From a virus (Duplodnaviria > Caudoviricetes), in the IMG/VR virus record IMGVR_UViG_3300014204_000128, positions 1 to 64,000 of that record: a stretch of DNA of 64,000 bases, one strand, 5' to 3'. The notes beneath the pieces were generated by a model that saw only the letters and a list, made by a program, of their open reading frames with translations, was not told the origin of the DNA and ran no database searches. The number at the start of each line of letters is the position of its first letter. The stretch's first letter is position 1. Below, one piece after another: positions 58,195 to 64,000 of the stretch. A program made the position numbers and the translations under genes.

Positions 58195-58801
58195 AATAAA
58201 CTTACTAAAATTAGTAGCAAGGGCAACTTTATTGTTGTCCTTGTTATTTACTCACAGTTGTAACGAAACTGTCGAGAAACGGCCAGAGAAACGTATTGTG
58301 TACAAAACGGTACACGTTCGCAGAACTCTATTATACAATAAACAGGACTACGAAGAACTAGTATCTAAACTAAAGGAGTGGGAATCATTTAGGGGGAATT
58401 TGTTCATAGGTTGCGCAGGAGAACGACTCATAGGATATGGTCACTTGGTTAGATGGAAAGACAAGCATAAATTCAGGAACGGAATAACAGAAATACAGGC
58501 TGACAGTATACTCAGGTCAGACATAAACTACTTTATAAAGTACTCTTACAAGAAGACAGGCTTCAGTGGTAAGAAACTGCTAGCTGTTTCATCTCTAGTG
58601 TTCAACTCTGGAACTGCAAAATTCACACGGTCTAAACTGTACAAATACATGATGTGTAATAATGACTCAACAGGCATGACGTGGTTATCGTGGTGTAAGT
58701 ACAAGAATAACAAAAAGTGGGTCACTAGTGAACACTTGAAGAAAAGAAGGGTCTGGGAAGTAGAAACGTATAATAGTTGTAAAACAAATAAAAACAGATA
58801 G
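58187..58801 (+). CDS. GH24-like lysozyme with a lipoprotein-type signal peptide
   Basis: LLLSLLFTHS-C, E-S-F-R-G...C.G...IGYGH, IT..QA..IL..D, SLVFNSG, L.KRR..E. Confidence 0.8.
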   Translation: MNKINLLKLVARATLLLSLLFTHSCNETVEKRPEKRIVYKTVHVRRTLLYNKQDYEELVSKLKEWESFRGNLFIGCAGERLIGYGHLVRWKDKHKFRNGITEIQADSILRSDINYFIKYSYKKTGFSGKKLLAVSSLVFNSGTAKFTRSKLYKYMMCNNDSTGMTWLSWCKYKNNKKWVTSEHLKKRRVWEVETYNSCKTNKNR

Positions 58802-58825
58802 TATACGGGCAACATTAAGAAAGAC

Positions 58826-58981
58826 TTGATCGTGTTATTAAAAAGCAGGTACTCAGATTTAAATGCAGAATTAAAAACTAAGTTGAAAAGTGTTCCATCT
58901 GACACTAGTTATGTAGAGGGTCAGATAGCCGAAATAAATAATATTGCAGCAAGATTTGAAATACAACTAAAGGGTAAGTAA
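58826..58981 (+). CDS. Small hypothetical protein, start uncertain
   Basis: Open frame filling the gap, in frame with the lysozyme after its TAG. No ATG. Confidence 0.4.
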   Translation: MIVLLKSRYSDLNAELKTKLKSVPSDTSYVEGQIAEINNIAARFEIQLKGK

Positions 58982-58983
58982 CA

Positions 58984-59364
58984 ATGATTATAGCTGTAGA
59001 CTTCGATGGTACTCTAGTCAGTCATGAATATCCTGAAATAGGTAAACCATACGATGACGTTTTCAAGTTGTGTATCACTCTTAAAAGTATGGGTCATGAA
59101 CTCATATTATTCACGTGTAGAGAGGATTACATATGTGGAAGACCACTGTTATCTGACGCAGTTTCATTTTGTAATAAGAAGGGTCTGTTTTTCGATGCAG
59201 TGAATGAAAACTTGGAAAGACATAAGAATATGGGTATACTATGCAGGAAACCAGTCTGGGATATACTAATTGATGATACAGCAGGTTTCGAACCATCAAA
59301 GTGGGCAGATATACTAGATACTGTCTTAAACAAGAAAACGTATATAAACTCAATAGACATATAA
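58984..59364 (+). CDS. HAD-superfamily phosphatase (BT0820-like)
   Basis: AVDFDGT, FTCR, RKP..DILIDD. Confidence 0.9.
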   Translation: MIIAVDFDGTLVSHEYPEIGKPYDDVFKLCITLKSMGHELILFTCREDYICGRPLLSDAVSFCNKKGLFFDAVNENLERHKNMGILCRKPVWDILIDDTAGFEPSKWADILDTVLNKKTYINSIDI

Positions 59365-59367
59365 AAC

Positions 59368-59715
59368 ATGGGTTCATGGGTATCTCCATATTCTGGTAAG
59401 GGTACTACAAGTAGGTACACGCTGGAGAAGGTAGGTGTCTACTTCATACGTGACAAGTACACGAAGGAGATAGTGTACATTGGTATGTCAAGAAGTTCAC
59501 TGTATAAAGCATCATACAGGCATTTCCAGAATTGGAATACCAGTGTGGGGTACAGGGTAGTGTATTCAGACAGAAATGGGTATGAAATTAGATATATATT
59601 CATGGATAAGCGTCTGGTGAAGAGAACAGAAAAACGTTTGATACACAAGTTCAAACCACGAGATAACAAGGAAAGGTACGAGTATGACAAGCAAGAAGAG
59701 CATTGTCCATTTTAA
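59368..59715 (+). CDS. GIY-YIG nuclease-domain protein
   Basis: GVYFI...VYIGMS, R.F, EKRLI..FKP.DN. Confidence 0.85.
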   Translation: MGSWVSPYSGKGTTSRYTLEKVGVYFIRDKYTKEIVYIGMSRSSLYKASYRHFQNWNTSVGYRVVYSDRNGYEIRYIFMDKRLVKRTEKRLIHKFKPRDNKERYEYDKQEEHCPF

Positions 59716-59733
59716 CTTAATACAAATTTAATC

Positions 59734-60867
59734 ATGGCAAAAACAAACAAGGTAACGCCTATTTCTGAACTAAGGAAAGCATATGGGAGACCAGAAACAC
59801 AGTATTATGATACTGGTATCTTCTTATTGAATGACATTTGGGGAGGAGGTTTGCCTACGGGTAAGATAATAGAAATACACTCAGGTGAGGGTCTTGGTAA
59901 GACTACAATCATGCTACAGGCATGTAAGTCATTGATAGCGAAACATAACTTGAAGGTGGCTTACTTAGACGTAGAGAACGCATTAGATATATCATTAAGG
60001 AGCAATTTGGGCATAGTACCATACGAAAGTAATGACGCTGTTGAACCATCTTTCGCTTACCTGTGCCCTTTCACGTACGATGAGGTGTCTAAGACACTAA
60101 ACATACTCACTCGGGGTAATTATGATATCATAATCTATGATTCAATAGCCAATACAAGCCTGGACGTGGATGACTCAGAGGAAGAAGATTTCAAGATAAG
60201 CAAGAAACTGGGACAGCACGCATTACTACAGGGTGAGTTATTGAAGATGTTCAAGGGAAGACTAGCACGGTCTGGTAAAACACTGGTAATAATAAACCAG
60301 ATGAGAACTAATATCATTACTAATCCTATGAAAGCTAAGCATGCACCCGAATTGAAGCCTGCTGGTGGTAAGGTTCTAGACCATAATTTCGATATAAGAA
60401 CATCTATAGAACGTGTGGAGTGGATATTCGATGACAGCAAGGTTAAGATGGGGGCTAAACTCAGGTTAACTACAATAAAGAACAAGGTGGCTCCTCCATA
60501 TAGACAAGTAGAACTGGAACTAATATTCGGGTGGGGTATCAACAAGATAACTACACTCTGTACAGTACTGGTGAATAAGAATATCGCTGTACGTACCGGG
60601 GCTGTTTATACTCTGCCTAATACTGTGAAATGTGTAGGTCTTGAGAAGTTGAAAGACTATATCCGCGAAAACTACGCATTGTGCTTGTCATTCGTCGGTG
60701 ATAGTTCATATCAAGTGAACATACTAGGAGAGAAGATAGAAGAAGGGGCAGCCGTAGATAAAACAGCAGACGGGAAGGAAATAGTCATAAAGGAGGATGC
60801 CGAAACGGGCGGGGTCTCGTATAATGAACTGGAAGAATCATTTAAACAACCAACCAAAAGAAGATGA
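59734..60867 (+). CDS. recA: RecA/UvsX recombinase
   Basis: GGGLPTGKIIEI, GEGLGKTT, DVENALD, DSIA, INQMR, GGKVL, KNKVAPP. Confidence 0.95.
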   Translation: MAKTNKVTPISELRKAYGRPETQYYDTGIFLLNDIWGGGLPTGKIIEIHSGEGLGKTTIMLQACKSLIAKHNLKVAYLDVENALDISLRSNLGIVPYESNDAVEPSFAYLCPFTYDEVSKTLNILTRGNYDIIIYDSIANTSLDVDDSEEEDFKISKKLGQHALLQGELLKMFKGRLARSGKTLVIINQMRTNIITNPMKAKHAPELKPAGGKVLDHNFDIRTSIERVEWIFDDSKVKMGAKLRLTTIKNKVAPPYRQVELELIFGWGINKITTLCTVLVNKNIAVRTGAVYTLPNTVKCVGLEKLKDYIRENYALCLSFVGDSSYQVNILGEKIEEGAAVDKTADGKEIVIKEDAETGGVSYNELEESFKQPTKRR

Positions 60868-61790
60868 GTAACTTATTCGGAAATCCCCACCTGGAAACTA
60901 AACGTAGTCTGAACGACTACTTCATAGTTAAACCTTTCTCGGTTCTCAATACAATGGAACAAGGGTGGATGAGAAGGAAAGCATGGTGGTGTGAAATAAT
61001 AACAAACAGGGGTAAGTCACGTGAAAGTGTCCTTTTCAAGAAGTCTGGAAAGGAGACTACAAAACTGGGTAACACTATACAGACATTTAACAACGGAGTA
61101 TCATTGTTTGACCCAGTACTATCAGAAGCAATGGTAAGATGGTTCTCCGAGAAAGGTTGGGTCATACTAGACCCATTCGCAGGTGATGAGTCAAGGGGTT
61201 TCGTTTCTTGTTATTTAGAAAGGAACTACGTGGGTATAGAGTTGAGACAGGAACAGGTGAACTTAAACAGGGACAGAGTTAAAGAAGCTGGGTTAACGGG
61301 TTACAAATATATTTGTGATACATCTCTTAATATGGACAAACACGTCCCAATGGAAGCGGTAGACATGATACTTACATGCCCTCCTTACGCATTCTTAGAA
61401 AAGTACTCTGACAATCCTGAAGATTTGTCAAATATGTCTGTTGAAGACTTTTTCAGGGTGTACGACCATATACTAAATAAGACATACAGTGTATTAAAGA
61501 ATAACAGGTTCGCTGTTGTAGTGGTATCTGAAGTAAGAGACAAGACTGGGGGATACATAGGTCTGGTAAATAAGACTATAGAATCGATGGAGAAAGCTGG
61601 ATACATGTACTACAACGAAATAATACTGCTTAACAATGTAGGAACACTCCGTTTCAGGGTAGGTAACCAGATGAACAGTGGAAGAAAAATAGGCAGGTTA
61701 CACCAGAACGTCCTAGTATTCTACAAGGGTAATGCATCAAAGATAAAGGAAAACTTTTCAAAACTAATAGGTGATGACAACGAAGAATAA
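60864..61790 (+). CDS. DNA amino-methyltransferase (N6A/N4C fold)
   Basis: PFSVL...W..RK..W, FDPVL.E, motif I LDPFAG, motif IV TCPPY, HQNVLVFYKG. Confidence 0.88.
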   Translation: MSNLFGNPHLETKRSLNDYFIVKPFSVLNTMEQGWMRRKAWWCEIITNRGKSRESVLFKKSGKETTKLGNTIQTFNNGVSLFDPVLSEAMVRWFSEKGWVILDPFAGDESRGFVSCYLERNYVGIELRQEQVNLNRDRVKEAGLTGYKYICDTSLNMDKHVPMEAVDMILTCPPYAFLEKYSDNPEDLSNMSVEDFFRVYDHILNKTYSVLKNNRFAVVVVSEVRDKTGGYIGLVNKTIESMEKAGYMYYNEIILLNNVGTLRFRVGNQMNSGRKIGRLHQNVLVFYKGNASKIKENFSKLIGDDNEE

Positions 61791-62649
61791 TGTGACTGCT
61801 TTGACCCCTATAATACCATACGCTACAGTACTAGTTAAGAGGGAAGACATGTATGTAGAGGGTATGGTTAACGGAGGCAAGGTCAGGCAGTGCAGGATGT
61901 TGTTGGAGAATAATATAGACTTAATAAGAAATAGTTACGGTGGTCGTGTGGTGTGTTCAGTACATTTGCAGAGTCCACAGTCTGCAATTGTATCTCACGT
62001 GTGCAAGACACTAGGATTGGAATGTCATATAGTGGCTTACGGAACAACGGTTCCAAATACCCAGTTATCAATGGCAAAGAGGAACGGCGCTATACTGTAC
62101 GGTACTAAAAGTCCATACAGGACTACGCACGAGTTCATAATAAAGAACTATTTTTCTGACTGTTACTGGGTAAGGATGGGATTCGTTGATGACTCAATAG
62201 TTAACGCTACTCTGGCACAAGTGGAGAACATACCAGATTACTTGGATTATTTAGTTCTACCCATAGGAAGTGGGATAAACGCTGTCTCTGTAGTCAAGGG
62301 GTTAGAAAAGTATAATAAGAGTGTAAAGAATGTTATCGGTGTGTGGGTCGGTAAGAACAGAGAGCAGTTATTCAGGACAATGTTGGGTGAAGAATTAACT
62401 AGCAAGATAAAACTGGTTAAGGCTCATGTTGACTACAATACACATATTGACGTCGGTGTAGATTTCATTGATAGTGTATACGAGGCAAAAGCATGGCATT
62501 ACATGACTGAGAACATAGACACAAAAGTAAACAAGGTGCTGTTCTGGGTCGTGGGTACACGTAATGATACTAACGGGACTGAAGAACTTGTATGGCATGA
62601 TGCTAAAGAACGTGTTAAGTTCCGTATGTTTTCCAGGGGTGTTCAATAA
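61774..62649 (+). CDS. PLP-dependent fold-II enzyme (ACC deaminase/D-cysteine desulfhydrase-like)
   Basis: LTP, VKRED...GGKVR (PLP lysine), PIGSGI, DSVYEAKA. Confidence 0.85.
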   Translation: MTTKNNVTALTPIIPYATVLVKREDMYVEGMVNGGKVRQCRMLLENNIDLIRNSYGGRVVCSVHLQSPQSAIVSHVCKTLGLECHIVAYGTTVPNTQLSMAKRNGAILYGTKSPYRTTHEFIIKNYFSDCYWVRMGFVDDSIVNATLAQVENIPDYLDYLVLPIGSGINAVSVVKGLEKYNKSVKNVIGVWVGKNREQLFRTMLGEELTSKIKLVKAHVDYNTHIDVGVDFIDSVYEAKAWHYMTENIDTKVNKVLFWVVGTRNDTNGTEELVWHDAKERVKFRMFSRGVQ

Positions 62650-62790
62650 AATATAAATAGTTGGTTAAGTTATAAAAATACTTTCACATACATATTTTGT
62701 AAAAATTGTATAAAAAATTTACAATAGATTTATATATTGTTTGTGAAGACCACTTCTTTGTAGCAGTCCAGTAACTGCCGTTCCAGGTTG

Positions 62791-62823
62791 AGCCGACTAT
62801 TTCCGTAAATAGTCGGCTTTTTT
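62791..62823 (+). terminator. Rho-independent terminator
   Basis: AGCCGACTATT-TCCGTA-AATAGTCGGCT-TTTTT. Confidence 0.88.
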
Positions 62824-62851
62824 ATTCGTATAATTGAAAAACATTAATGAT

Positions 62852-64000
62852 ATGGCAATTAAGGTAATAATAAGGCAGTTCGAAATAATAGAGGATGCAA
62901 AGTTAGTTCTGGATGGTTTGGTCGCACTTGTCGGAGAATCAAATAATGGTAAGACAGCAACATATAATGCATTGAAGGTGCTAACATATAACATACAAGG
63001 CACTGGTTACATCAGGAAGATAAATGGTAAACCATACCCAGCAGGTTGCTCTGTTGGTATACGTTTTGATGATACTAATTCAGAAGTAACTTTCGAGAAA
63101 TCTACATCACCTGTATACACGTTGAAAGTAGGAGACAGCAAACAGGTATTCGACAAAGCAGGCAGGGGACCAACACCTGAAGATGTTTCGTTATTATTGA
63201 ACATGGTTCCACTTGACATAGATGGTCTCTCAGTTAACTTGAACTTTGCTGACCAACTAGAAGAACCATTGCTACGTAAGTTGACAGACTTCCAACTGTA
63301 CAAGCTGGCTGTAAAGTCATCAGATGGGGAAAAGATACAGGAGGCTATTGCATTATGTAGGAAAGATACAGATGAAAAAGCAAAGGAACTTGTAAGGAAA
63401 GAAGAAGAAATAGTGGTACAGAAGAAGAGTAAGTTATCTCTAATAGCAGACTTGGACAGGTATTCAAATCTTATTGACATAAAGGTTGACTATGAGGTGT
63501 ATGATAAAATATGCAGGGTTTTACCTTATGTGATCACAATGGAAGGACAATACTCAGGCATAGTTAATAGCATATCAACGGTTGATGCTAATCTATCATT
63601 GTTTGAAAAACACGGTGTCATTTTCAGGAACTATGATGTTGCTAAGAAACTAATAGCAACACTTAATTATGTTGTATCAGTAAGTGATGACTATGAAAAG
63701 ATAGTAACTAATATAAATGTAACAGAAAAGAAATTAGATTCTTTGAACAAACTCAATGACTTAGAGAAAGAAAAAATATCTTACACACTGGGGGTTGGGA
63801 AATTAAGACTAGCACTAGAATATAATAATAGTTTGCTTAATATAGAAGCGGAATCTAATATTGTAAGTACTGGATTAACAACCCTAGGCAATAACCTTTC
63901 TACTTTGACTAATGATCTAATGTCATATAAAGACAGTGTAAAGAAATTATCAGATACAGTCTCGTTTAAAGAAGAGTACGAAAGTATATCAAATAGAATA
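62852..64000 (+). CDS. SbcC/Rad50/gp46-like SMC ATPase, partial (runs off the window)
   Basis: MAIKVIIRQFEIIED...LVGESNNGKT (Walker A), LNFADQ (Q-loop), then coiled coil. Absent from the ORF track, consistent with no stop before the window end. Confidence 0.88.
   Translation, partial: MAIKVIIRQFEIIEDAKLVLDGLVALVGESNNGKTATYNALKVLTYNIQGTGYIRKINGKPYPAGCSVGIRFDDTNSEVTFEKSTSPVYTLKVGDSKQVFDKAGRGPTPEDVSLLLNMVPLDIDGLSVNLNFADQLEEPLLRKLTDFQLYKLAVKSSDGEKIQEAIALCRKDTDEKAKELVRKEEEIVVQKKSKLSLIADLDRYSNLIDIKVDYEVYDKICRVLPYVITMEGQYSGIVNSISTVDANLSLFEKHGVIFRNYDVAKKLIATLNYVVSVSDDYEKIVTNINVTEKKLDSLNKLNDLEKEKISYTLGVGKLRLALEYNNSLLNIEAESNIVSTGLTTLGNNLSTLTNDLMSYKDSVKKLSDTVSFKEEYESISNRI

Noticed and set aside
505-63480. 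The many minus-strand ORFs in the track
   Set aside because: Almost all are shadows of well-supported + strand genes and none has recognisable motifs.
1-64000. Alternative genetic code (TAG to Gln) as in some Bacteroidota phages
   Set aside because: Long genes are intact in code 11, and TAG stops at 7865, 29817 and 44934 are followed within 0-3 nt by the next ATG. Only the lysozyme TAG has a long open continuation.
54745-64000. Complete Dnd phosphorothioation operon (DndA/B/C/D equivalents)
   Set aside because: The parts are in separate transcription units, the PLP enzyme is fold II rather than an IscS/DndA-type desulfurase, and the SMC protein is more simply an SbcC/gp46 recombination ATPase.

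Overview
A 64-kb internal segment of a large, AT-rich, probably lytic dsDNA phage. No integrase, tRNA or CRISPR array is visible. Essentially all real genes are on the + strand and use the standard code. TAnnTTTG promoters and BT0820-type and DUF1367-type genes point to a Bacteroidota host (inference). Layout: (1) 1-2.5 kb accessory genes (ASCH, GNAT, gene remnants). (2) 2.5-14.8 kb replication module: KTSC-fused 5'-3' exonuclease, SNF2 helicase, DnaB, a stand-alone CHC2 zinc finger, DEDDh exonuclease and family A DNA polymerase. (3) 15-35.5 kb virion/tail-appendage genes built from shuffled paralogous modules and two Delta-60 propellers, with an embedded holin-holin-amidase-spanin lysis cassette, a LamG protein and a tail fibre. 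(4) 35.6-42.9 kb: a divergent ligase, a sigma-like factor fused to an IS1595-type Zn-ribbon/HTH, a lipoprotein cassette, degenerate clamp-loader-like and Endo IV-like proteins, SSB and a Q-rich protein. (5) 43-58 kb hypervariable early region with near-identical promoter elements: DUF262, DUF6011, a Topo VIA/Spo11-like protein, a phosphatase, a second ligase, a decayed ibrB, an intact SNF2-IbrA-IbrB cassette and a candidate structured RNA. (6) 58-64 kb: lipoprotein lysozyme, HAD, GIY-YIG, RecA, a DNA amino-methyltransferase coupled to a PLP (ACC deaminase/D-Cys desulfhydrase-like) enzyme, and an SbcC/gp46 ATPase that runs off the end. Best candidates for undescribed systems: the MTase-PLP pair (possible DNA hypermodification), the sigma/transposase-domain fusion with its candidate motifs and small RNAs, and the SNF2-IbrAB cassette. 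All family calls come from motifs recognised by eye. No database searches were run.
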